In this document: piece after piece, positions 1-11,139 of the stretch | How positions within the stretch are numbered: the first letter of the stretch is position 1 | Layout: each line of letters opens with the position of its first letter | DNA from: Paraspadella gotoi | Lineage: Eukaryota > Animalia > Chaetognatha | Direction: 5' to 3' | DNA length: 64,000 nucleotides | NCBI GenBank assembly: GCA_051294375.1 | Contig: CM119271.1 | Coordinates: forward strand, 6,356,698 to 6,420,697 | Translations under genes and position numbers: made by a program | Notes under the pieces: model-generated | Database searches by the model: none | Seen by the model: only the letters and a program-made list of their open reading frames with translations | What the model was told of the DNA's origin: nothing

Positions 1-1243
1 ATGCTGAAAAGCGATTTGAATTAATTCTAAATACTTAGAATCACTAAAACGATAAAAAATAACTAAAAGAACTGAAATACAGAATAACGAAAACGGGGGG
101 AAGCACTGGAAATTGGAGCAAAACAACAACAGAAAATATGGCGTATTTTGGAATTCACCTACTGAAAGAATGATAATCTAACCTCGAAATTTCAGCAATG
201 GGAACAAAAACCATGGCAGGAGCAGCATTCAAAAACAAGCACATTATCAAGTCTACTTATCTTCGTTAATAATGTATACTGAGTAAATCTAAAAATACTG
301 ATACATTTTGTTCGAGAGGCAAAGCCGAGCTTTATACCCCTTGGGCAAGCTTTCCCCCACCGGGAGTACTTAACCTATTTCGACTATTTCGTCGTATTTC
401 AACACGGAACCAAGGAATAAAAAATTAGCGAGGGGTGTCTCAAATTTGCTGCACAGATCTCATTTTACAGAATTTAAAAGCTACGTATAATGCAAAATCG
501 ACTAAGAAATTATTCTATGTATTTAAAATATAAATATATATTCGCATAATTAAGATTAAGAATGTTAAAAAATAAGATCAATCTGAAGACGAATCTACCA
601 ACTACATTTCAAGCTATTTTGGGACCTTAAAACCGTTCTAATTGAACACCAGTATAATTATAACACCATCTTTCATTTAATTTCAAATGTTAAAAAGTTT
701 TCGCTATGCTTCAGGTATGAAGATTTGCTTCAGGAAATATTCCTAAAAAGCATTGTAAAGCCAGTTTATTCTAATTATTTTGATTACTTCAAATAATAAA
801 AATTCTTTTATATAATTTCAACTGAAATGAAGCATTATAACAAGTGCTATAGTTGGTATAAAAACAATTATCATATTAATCTCAATGATATTAATACAAC
901 AAAATAAATAAATAACAAGAATAACAATCCATCGAAAAGCTAATCTTAGCTTCTAAGATGAAGCTTTCTATATAAAATGTATCACTGATTTTCTTATTTA
1001 CCGCACTGAGAAAAAAATTTTCGAGATGGCTTGTTCAGAAACTATTAAAGAAAGAGCTATTTCAAAAGTCGCAGTATTGATGCTCTTTTTCCGAATTTTA
1101 TTTTTTTTTGCTTCCGTTTACACGTAACCTTTGAACAGAAAGAAGGGGAATTCGCTCGCTACCCCCTTTACTCACGATTTCCTTAAATTTGCTGCTGATT
1201 GTAGCGCTTTCACACTCCCGGAAAACCCTGGTTGTGAACGACA

Positions 1244-4200
1244 TCAAGGTATAATTTTTATTTCAGTAGCCTATATAAAGTACAAAAACTGGAAAATTAA
1301 ATCGAAAGATTTTGAAACCCTACCTGAATAGCCCCTACTTGGGCTTGAGCAGTTGGATGAGACATGGCAGTTGGCGCAGTCATATAACCCGCGGGTCCCC
1401 CCAAACCATTAGCGACAAGATAAGGATGAGCCTTTAAAACAAATACATGCAAGTAAAAGTAGAAAAGCGTTTAAAGGTTATTTTGAAATGACACCCGACG
1501 ATGTTAAAGGTTGAACATAGTAGGAGTTGCGCCGCAGTGAACGCATTTCCAGATGATCACGTGATTACACAAGTATAAAATATTTACAACCAACATTTAT
1601 TTCCTCCCTGCCAAGAACTATAAAAATGAATAACCTTTAGTTAAACTATGATGAATTGAATTTTTAGTTACGTGATCGAATTATCCAGTGATCACTGCAC
1701 CAGTATGAAACCTATGCACATTAATCACACATACCTACAGTCACGGAATCAGACAATATTTCGTGTAATATTAGGTGGTTTTTTTTATTATTTAACAGAA
1801 AAGTAATAAACTAAGATGCTTCTGGTGCATATGTAGGCATTAGGAATGTTTATCATCTGAAATTTTGAGCACAAAGTCACAGCGGCGCAACCGTTGAACT
1901 TGCCAGTTCAAAGCCTCGATACGATTTTGAATCACTTCATTTTTGCAGAGTGGAAACGAACTTACTTGAGCTTGCGTCAGGTGAGGCTGATGGCCGTTGA
2001 GCTGAGAAACGTGTAGGTTTTGTAAAGCTGCCGCATATGCTGCTGCTGCAGCGCCGTGAGGAAGCGCTAGGCCCGGAATTTGAGATCCTGCGGCTGCTGC
2101 AGAGGCGGCATGATGATGCCAAGGAAGGCCGCCCGACGGTACGGCCGGGCTGGCAAGTGTCTGAGCGCCGCCGTTTGGCAAGTATTGAAGGCCGAAGGCG
2201 CCAGTCCCCGCGCCTTGCGTCGCACCTGTCGGGAAATAATCTTTTTTGTAATGTATATGAAGGTGATGTTTACTAAATACGAACTACTTACTAGTACTTA
2301 GTAATAAAGCAAGTTAAAAAATATTTTAACAAAAGACGGCACCTGGTGCAAAAGCTATCTGTCCATTCCCCGTCATATAGGCACCGCCGATTTGCGGAAG
2401 CTGAAGATGTTGAACTTGTTGTACTTGTCCGTTGGAAGCGTAGTAGTAGACCTTAAAGCGAATAAAAATTGAGAAATTTTGTAAGAAATTAAACCCCCGG
2501 GTGGTCCAAACATAGCTAAGTGTAAAGTCCAGACGACTATCTATAACTTAGATGCTGTGGCAACGGGGGGGACGTGTGTGATGCTGGCGCTCAGGGCTGT
2601 GAACCCCATGCTCTTATCTCGAGGTCAAGGGAGGTATATCTGTAGTCGGGCATTGCATTAGTTCACTCCGCCTATAAGCATGATACCTTCAGTCACGACC
2701 CGGTGGCTCAATGAGTAAATCCATCAGCTCATGACAATTAGGTACCAGATTCAATCCCAACCCGCTATCTACCCTGTGGGAAGTTTGAGGACGGCCGTAA
2801 ACCGTCTTGGGGGTGTGGAAAACCCTCAAGCCTGGTTTCAAGTCCAGGACCCGTTCCATGGCTGCTAGAGGGGGTTAAAGAAGTGGCAGATAGCAATCTT
2901 CAGCCCACTTATCGACTTTCGTCTCTTTCTCTGTTTCGCGATCATTCGGAATTCTGCGCCGAAACGGGACTTCTCCGGAATAATAGACGCTTATTTAGTT
3001 TATTTGTTGTCTTTCTACCATTTCACGCACGTTGTGGGTTTGATTAACTATTTTAATTATTATTTTAGTTAATTATTATTTGTGTCCGTTTGAATATCTA
3101 TATGCTTGTTAATATCGAGAAGACGATAAGTGGATTAAGAAACTATATCAACTTTACGGAGCCCCCCGGTCTCGGAGTATTCAGCACGATTCTCTCCACG
3201 TTTTTTTCGGTATCACCACCCCCCTGGTCGAGGAAGAGGTTCTTTTATAGGTAGACGAAATAGTAAAACAAAAAAATTAAAATAAAAAAGTCAGATACCT
3301 GTGGGAAATATGCTGTTGTTGCAGAAGCACCAGGAGAAATGTTAGTAGCGTAATGCGGCGAAGAAAGATGGTTTGTAGAATTAGCCATTGTTATTTCCTG
3401 CGTAAGGGAATATGATAAAATCGGTACAACCAAAATAAAAAGTATCCATTCATTATATAAATAAACTCTCTTGCCCCTGACTTTGGACAAGTTTTGGTGG
3501 TTTAAGGCCTCCATCACTCTTACAAGATAATGACATTGCAAGTCCCTGCAAGCTTTCGATCAAGTCTCTCTCACAGTCTTGTTTATCTTCCTTATAAATG
3601 AAATGGTATATTTTAAAGAATGTTTCAATTGTATCGTGTGAGATTGGCTCCGTCGATGATATAATCATGTGATATATGACATATCATATGATATCGCCGT
3701 TACTCGTTTATCAGGTTTTGAATCGATCATTAACATTTTGAAAAATTGAGCACATCAAGGAAAATGTGGATAAGCCCCTTCGCCAGCAATAGAACGGATT
3801 ATTGGAACCAGGCTCGGGGGTGGCTACTCAACAAAGGCGCTATACCACTGGCTAGGAAGCTACACTGTTAACAACATAGGAATCTAGGTATAAGCAATGG
3901 CGGCTACAAATAGTTTGGGATTTTATTTTAAGATTATTTTGTTATGAATTTCTAATATAATGCGACTTATTTTTACTTCGCTGACTGGGGTTAGGGGGGG
4001 TTAATGGTGGTTTAAGGTTAGGGGTAATTAGGATTAAAAGGTAGGGTAATCAGATTAAGATGATATAAAAAATTAAAAATTACAATAACAATTTTTATTA
4101 AATATTACTCAAAAAGATCGAAAATTCCTGTCGACGAAAGTAAAATTTTACACCGAGGCCCCAGCATCAGCAATTCTTTCGAGTAAGCACGTCATCAAAG

Positions 4201-5807
4201 CTTCGTGATTTAACCTGCAACGGTACGGCGCCGGGAGAGGCAGAAACGGTTGGAACTGCGGAGATAATGGTCTGCCCCGTAGGAGGGGTCGCCATAGGCA
4301 CTACAGTGGGAGTGGCTGGCGACATGACCGCGCTTAGAGCCTGAGGAGACTGAAGTTCCACTGATTCCGCTCGAAGGCCGACAGAGTTGCCGTGAGACGG
4401 CGTTCCAACTCCATCTCGATGAGGTTGATTGTTGGGGTCTAATATATGTCATTTCGAAAGAATGTAATTACAAGATTACAAATAAATAAAAGAATAAAAT
4501 ACATGATAAAATTTAAATCCAAAGGGATGTTTTGATACAAACCAGTACTTTCTCTTCCCCAAGCGCATTTGCATGGGTGGCCCGCAACGTCTTTATAATG
4601 CATTTCGCAGATGGCTTTGCATGCGGAAGGCTTGTCCGCGAAACGAATGAATCCATATCCTTTCTCCTTGAACACGCGGATTTCGAGAACGGAGCCGTAT
4701 TGCGCAAAGGAGGCCCGTAGAAGGTCTGTGGAAAATAAACGATTTAATGCTGTGGGAGAGAGAGACCTCGTTTTATTGAAAGTATACGCGACTGAAGTAC
4801 CTTCGGTCAAAGCTTCGTTAGGTAAGTTTCCACAGTAGACTGTGGTGTTGGTTTCACTACTTTGTTTGAATACGTCATCGTAATCTAACTTCGGTATTGG
4901 TTTCGTAGTTACGGGACCTATTTTTGAAATAACGAAAATAAAATGGAATAAATTTATAAATTGACTTTTTGCAATTGTGTCTTCTCACCAGGTTTTCGAG
5001 TGGCCCAGTTGGTCCGGATCTGACGATTCCCAAGCATTTGAGCGTTCATGCCTTGGATGCCAGACTCGGCCTCGGTTTTGTTGGCGAAAGTAACAAAACC
5101 ATATCCTTTGGATTTACCGGTATTCAGGTCTAAAAAGAAAATTTTTAGCTTTTATTTAATTAAAATACGGGAATAAAAGAGGTATATTTGTTAGTTAATT
5201 TAATTATTATTTCACCTGTGACGACGCGGCATTCTGTCACTGTTCCAAAAGTGGAAAACGCCTCCTTCAACATACTGTTGTCGATTTCTGGACTAAGATC
5301 CCCGACGAAAACGACAAAGAGTTCCGCATTCGGATCCGTACTAAAAGAATTGGGCACAAATAATTAGCATAGCATTGAATGATTGATTGATACACATCTT
5401 TGTCTTATATGTTACAGTTGAGAGACTCACATGGACGGTTTTTGCTTCTTCTTTCCGGGGCCATTTGGGGCGTTAGGATTTTTGGGCGACGTGGCCCAGT
5501 TAACTTTGACGGCTTTGCCTTCAATAACGCGACCGTTGAGCGCCAGTAATGCCTGAGCAGCCGCATGATTTGACAAAAACTCGACGAAGGCATAAGGATC
5601 GGGGTTTGTAGGGTCATGAATAATTTTGCAACTCTTTACGTTGTTATCGCACATCTGGTTGCAGATGTGCTGCAGAAGGTCTTCTCGAACGGTGGAACTT
5701 AGTTTTCCAATGTAAAGAGTTTTTTGTTGACCAGGCGGGGAAGGGACAGTTTCTTGGGCAACAGCAATTTCGTGAGGCATATCGGCGGCCGGAGAATTTT
5801 TTGTCAT
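1244..5807 (-). CDS. TIA1: TIA-1/TIAR-like RNA-binding protein (3 RRMs + Q/A/P-rich low-complexity tail), about 11 exons
   Basis: Exons join in frame through GT-AG introns (5807-5431, 5340-5216, 5129-4989, 4917-4801, 4725-4543, 4438-4215, 3397-3299, 2451-2343, 2225-1966, 1431-1324, 1270-1244). Motifs [77 protein letters not shown] match TIA-1/TIAR. Last exon least certain; TIA1 vs TIAL1 cannot be separated. Confidence 0.93.
2690..2910 (+). mobile_element. tRNA-derived SINE-like element, copy 1 (TIA-1 intron)
   Basis: A-box-like GGTGGCTCAATGAG and B-box-like GATTCAATCC head; body homologous to the reverse-complement copy at 7860-8432. Confidence 0.7.
3413..3635 (+). repeat. ~230-bp interspersed repeat family A, diverged copy
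   Basis: Shares GGTACAACCAA...CTTGCCCCTGACTTTGGACA...GGTTTAAGGCCTCCATCACTCTTACAAGATAATGAC...CCCTGCAAGCTTTC with copies at 7050, 32233, 33938, 37130, 43722, 54303. Confidence 0.9.
3968..4153 (+). mobile_element. MITE-like TIR element with internal degenerate TTAGGG repeats (family B), diverged copy
   Basis: TTTTACTTCGCTGAC ... GTCGACGAAAGTAAAATTT inverted ends around GGTTAGGG-like tract; same layout at 8032, 8616, 21937. Confidence 0.75.
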
Positions 5808-7049
5808 CGCGATTAGTTGTCACTGATTAAAACAGTTTCATCACAGATATAGTCTTCAGGTCAGCTATTTTTCCCCTTGCTCTCCAGGGAAATTGCAATT
5901 TAAGCTTTTGAAAGCAGTTTTCCGCACAACGCAAATCAGCTCTTACAAATTAAAAATATCCGTTGTATTAGTTAATCATCTGGTGAGCAAACATTCCAAT
6001 AAGAGGTCGATGGCGTCGTTACCATCTAAAAAACTAATAACACGCATCAAACCAACTACAATACAGACTACGTTTACATTCAAGTAACACACTTTAGACT
6101 GCTTTTAAACCATAGCCTATACAATATTAGTACGTATTAGGCGAGAATCTCGCTTAAAAAAAATTCAACATTTTTCTAATAGAGAGTTCCGTTCAAACCT
6201 GACTGCCAACTTTACAAACGCCCCTACAAGAAATTTCGGTAAAAAATAGTTGTAAAAATGCACGATTCTGACAGCTTTGCATCTCAAGAGCTCGTTCCTT
6301 TCTTCTTATGGCATTTGATAAAGATTTTACTATCAAACAAGCCAGGGGAAATGGACTATTCGTCTCTGGAGGATTTTCAAACCTCATTTTTACCATAGAA
6401 ATGAAAGGGAAATTTCATTTTTTTAAAATTACAAACGGGATTACGATATGTTAGCATTAGGAAATGTACTACGAATTATGAGATTCCAAAAGCCTCGTGT
6501 CCCGAAAGCTCAACTTTTCATTTTAGTTTTGACCAATTTTTTAATATTAAGTCACCATGGTAAAGTGAATTGGTCCAGTTTTCATCACGAAAAGAAATTA
6601 AAAGGAAGGTTGAAAGAAAAAACTGATTTTCCTTAATATCTTTTGAAGGATAAAGGGATGGCAATAGTACCAAAATGAAGCCATAATTATAGGGAACATA
6701 AAAGATACAATTTTAGAATTACTTTTGCTGAAAACCTCCTTACAGTGTGTCAAACTAAGTCAAATTTATAATTAATTATAAGAATAAATGAAAATTAAAT
6801 TATTTTTAATGATTCTGAAATAAAAAAGACTAAATTGTACTCTAGTAAAAATTTTTTGGATAAAGAAAATGTTAATTTTTTGTAGACTTTTGTAAGTATG
6901 CTTACAAAATTCTACAAAATATTATTCACCCCATCACAGCCTAAGTATTTATCTTTCTTTTCCACCAGCAAAAAGTAAACATTAATTTATGTTAGAGAAC
7001 AGGGATGTTTACTGAAAGGAGGCGGAAGACGTTCAACTTCTTCACTTTG

Positions 7050-7270
7050 ATGAAATTGGTACAACCAATATAAAAATTATCCATTCATTTAATAAATAAG
7101 CTATCTTGCCCCTGACTTTGATGGTTTAAGGCCTCCATCACTCTTACAAGATAATGACATAGCAGGTCCCTGCAAGCTTTCAATCAAGACTCACAGTCTC
7201 GTTTATTCACTCCCAGAGTACCTGGCTTCCCTATCAATGAAGTGGAAAATATTTCAGAATGTTTCAATAA
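7050..7270 (+). repeat. Family A repeat copy
   Basis: Near-identical to 32233-32472 apart from a short internal deletion. Confidence 0.9.
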
Positions 7271-7859
7271 TAAAATAGGCGAATTTTTAAATTATTTAAC
7301 TCTTACAGGCTTCACAAGACATTACACTTTCATAATATCCCAATGTTAATGTTATTTATTATATTTTTTACCAAGAAATCATAAAATAACAGAAAGTTGT
7401 GGATTCCCTTAACAAGCGTAATTATAAGTTTGTAAGAGGAAGTCAGAATTGGCGAAAATCTTAAAAGGCGAGAATGTTGAAAAAAGGGAGAGGAATTTTG
7501 GTTGTTTTTGGTCGATTTCTTCTAAACCCACAGGCCAATTAAGACGTAACTTAAGATTTACGTAATTACAGTCATTCTTTATCCAAAAATATAAAAATAT
7601 TATGAAAAAAGGTTTGGGATCGACTATCGGAATTTGGTTCTATACATATTATTTTATAACGATACCAGAGAAAAGCCTTTTCCCCAATGAATTGTTAAAA
7701 CCTACAGGCCCAAAATTCGAAATTACGATATTACAATTTTATGAAACAAAACTACCACATTTAATTTTAATAGTTGTACCAATTTCATTCAAGTTTTGGT
7801 GCTTATTAATTTCTAGAGTAATTTTTATAAAAATATTAAACTCGTGGATAAGGCACTAA

Positions 7860-8432
7860 TAGGGCTGAAGAGTGCTATCCGCAACTTCTTTAACCCCCTC
7901 TAGCAGCCATGGAATGGTTCTGGGCTTGCAACTAGGTTTTAGGGTTTCCAACGCCCCCAAGACAAGCCAAGGCGGTTTAAGGCCGTCTTCAGGCTTCCCG
8001 CATGGTAGGTACCACAGGCAAGAGCCATTGGGGGTTACTTTTACTTTCGCCGACCGGGGTTAGGGAAGGGTTAGGGTTAAGAGTGGTTTAGGGTTAGGGG
8101 TGGTTAGGGTTAAAAGGGTTTAGGATTAGGATAATTAGGTAATATTTTAAAAATTTTTTTTAAAAAATATATATTTTTAAGTGGTTTTTCAAAAGCCGCC
8201 AAAACTGCGGTCGGCACAAGTAAAATTTTGCCGCAATTGGAATATCTATATACTTTGATTATTTTAAGGTACTAATTAAATATCAAGACTCCAAGTGGAT
8301 AACTATATATAAACATTATGGCGCCAGCGATCCCAATCTTTAGCAGTTTCTCTCCCGACGTCTTCTCCCTCTCCGCTAGGTCGAGGAGGAGGTTCTTTTC
8401 AATTACTCAATGAGCTACCGGGTCACGACTGA
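7860..8432 (-). mobile_element. tRNA-derived SINE-like element, copy 2, interrupted by nested insertions
   Basis: 7860-8010 is the reverse complement of about 2765-2910; 8404-8432 is the reverse complement of the head at 2689-2718; about 390 bp of other repeats lie between. Confidence 0.7.
8032..8233 (+). mobile_element. Family B TIR element with TTAGGG-like core
   Basis: GGGTTACTTTTACTTTCGCCGACC ... GGTCGGCACAAGTAAAATTTTGCCG inverted termini; internal GGGTTAGGG tract. Confidence 0.85.
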
Positions 8433-8529
8433 ACTTATAACTATCACCAACTACAAACTTACCAACTTACACTTTAAAATATTTAAAATATTTAACATAT
8501 ACATTGTTTTTCGTTTCATTTCGATGCTT

Positions 8530-8872
8530 TAATTTGTTGACATGAGTTTTATTAAGAAACAAATTTCAGACATGTTTTGGCTTCAATGTAAACCTTCAAA
8601 AAGAATTGTTTTTTTGGGTTACTTTTACTTTTGCCGACCGGGGTTAGGGTTAAGGGTGGTTAGGGTTAAATGTTTTTAGGGTTAGGGTAATTAAAGATTA
8701 TTTTTTAAAATTTTTTTTTAAATAAATATTTTCAAGTGGTTTTTCAAAAGTCAAAACCACAGTCGGCGAAAGTGAAATTTAGCCCTTTTTTGGCGCAGAT
8801 GGCTTTCATTGAAGCCAAAACATGTCCAAAATTAATGTTTCTTAATAAAACTCGTTGTATGTCAACAAATCG
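8530..8872. repeat. Inverted repeat of a hammerhead/Penelope-like terminal segment, enclosing a family B element
   Basis: ATTTGTTGACAT..GAGTTTTATTAAGAAACA..GACATGTTTTGGCTTCAATG (8532-8588) pairs with CATTGAAGCCAAAACATGTC..TGTTTCTTAATAAAACTC..ATGTCAACAAAT (8807-8870). Confidence 0.7.
8616..8785 (+). mobile_element. Family B TIR element with TTAGGG-like core
   Basis: Same termini as 8032-8233; sits in a T run on both sides. Confidence 0.85.
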
Positions 8873-10782
8873 TTCATTTTCTACCTCAAACATATACGCC
8901 GAGAATCGGTTTCGGAATAACTACAGGACCAAATAAGTTAAAATTTTGTATATATGACCCTTAAGGTCAAAGGACAAAATTTTTTTAAATAATTTTTTAG
9001 TTTTGAATATTTATCCTGAAAATCGTATTTAGATATGAGATAATATGATTAACTAGTATAAAAAATATTTTGTTCATATTGTTTCGGGAACAGAATAGTA
9101 AAATATAATATGAAAATTTGCAAATTACTTGTTTCACTATTTTCTATTTTATATTTTATGAAGGATTTAGTATTTAATCTATATTATTTAAACAAATATA
9201 TATTGCTTTCTTTTTTAAAAATGTTTCATCTAATAATTCAATTTGTAATAATATTTGTAATAATATTCTTATAAATAGTAAATTTTAAAAATAATTTTTT
9301 TAAAACTTTTAATAAAGATTCAGTTTTTTCATAAAAAGTTGAATCAAAAATATAAAACATATCAAAAATTCTATCATCTTCAGCATTTAAATCGAGAAAA
9401 AAGGTTAAAATTCTGAACTTTTTTATTTTCTGTAATAGAAACTTATATACGTTAAAACGTTTTAGTCATTTTTGGCGATCTAAATATTAAAATATCATAT
9501 AACATGTATCTCCTCTCAGGGGTCGAATATCAAAATTCCCCTCGATAGTTCCATTTGTATAACCAAAGTCTACCTTCATGCCAAATTTTATCAAATTTGA
9601 TGAATTAGTTTGTGCGAAACAGATTCTCACTCGAAAAAACCAGTCTTTTCACTATGCAGAAAAGGTGGTGGCGGTAAGGCGGAATTATAATATGTGCGGG
9701 ATTTTAGTACAGATTTTAACTCTTTCCGGGCAGATGGCAACAATTTTTTGAAATATCTTCAGGTATTAAAGCTAATTTAGAAAATTTTATGCAAAAGAAA
9801 AGAGAAAAAATACGACTGGACAGAGCATTTTACCAAGATGAGCAGAGTTAAATTTGGAACGCTATAAAAAAGAATATCGAAATCATAAAGAAAGTAAATG
9901 AGGTCGTTTGGTCGTCCAAAATGGCAAAAATCAAAATATAAAACAAACAATAAAAAATACGAAGAATCACAGCATATTTATATCTACAATCAGATGAGAA
10001 AATATGTTATCTTGTCGTCAAAACTGTATATTTTAATAGATAATTAGATTTTTTCTTTCTTTTTTAAACTGATAGCTTTGTGACAGCTTTGACGAAGCAG
10101 GAGGAAAGAAGGCGCTTTGACACAAAGGTGGAGCTTCGCTTGATTCGCCGACCTATTGAGCGTCGCTCCTGTTGAGCCCCAACGAGGCCTAATGTGGCCC
10201 TGACTTCCAATACCCAAAACTGCCTTTTTTTTTATGCGGGGAAGGGCCTCTATATTCTACACTGACTTCGTCACGAGGCGCCGTTGACCAATCACGACTG
10301 ATTATTCTTTACAAAGACCAATAATTCGCTCTGATTTACTAATATCGCGTTAAACTAAGAAAGATAATAACTGACGAGGCCCCGTTAGCTACATATATTC
10401 TAGGGTCACAGGGCCAAAAAAGAAACGAGTATTGTGATTACCATGTTAGATCGACAGCACAGCAATGTTTTCGATGAGATTTTTTTGTTTTTATTTTTAA
10501 CAATTGTACTACTATTTGATTCACAAGAATATTTAAATTGTTGTTTTACTTCTCTCTCAGAAAAAAAGTTATTATTTTATTTTTCTTTTTATATTTAACC
10601 ATGAAATCGTTTAACATTCAAATTCATCAGAATGTGTAAAATTGTTGTCCGTCTTTCTCTTTTCAGAAAAAAAAATTGTGTTTAACATGAGAAAGAGAAC
10701 AATTACCATACAATCGCTTAACTTTCAATTTACCAAATGTATAATATTGTTGTTTCTCTTTTTCATTTCAGAAAAATCCACC

Positions 10783-10962
10783 AACCGTTCATCAGCGGCC
10801 ATTGGTGCCGGAGGCAAGTCATTTGCCTCCCAACCCAAAGGTCCGGGGTTCTCGCCCGGTGGCTGCCTAGCAGTTAAGAGGGACGGGGCGCTTAACCCGC
10901 CTTTAACACTGTGTTACAGCCTGATCCGGAGCTCAGGGACTGCTTATATTGATTGAACGGTT
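10783..10962 (+). mobile_element. tRNA-derived element (Gly-like pseudo-tRNA head) with short inverted termini
   Basis: 10795-10866 folds with acceptor stem GCGGCCA/TGGCTGC, loop CTCCCAA and T arm CCGGG-GTTCTCG-CCCGG, but D and anticodon stems are imperfect; ends AACCGTTCA / TGAACGGTT. Confidence 0.6.
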
Positions 10963-11139
10963 CTGTCACTAACACATAATAATAATCACTGTCTCTTCAA
11001 CTCATGCTTTTTGTCAACCCCAAAATTTAGAAAAAAGGGTTCTTAAAAATCTCACAGAACAGAAAACGTTAAAATGAATGCGTTTATTTAGTGTGAATTG
11101 TTACTATGGTATGTACTTTTCAACGGCTCCCGCTACGAT

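Noticed and set aside
10371-10420. Hammerhead core CTGACGAGGCC
   Set aside because: No closing stem II followed by GAAA at the right distance.
10795-10866. Functional tRNA-Gly(CCC) gene
   Set aside because: D and anticodon stems pair poorly, the T loop lacks the TTCGA consensus and no oligo-T terminator follows.
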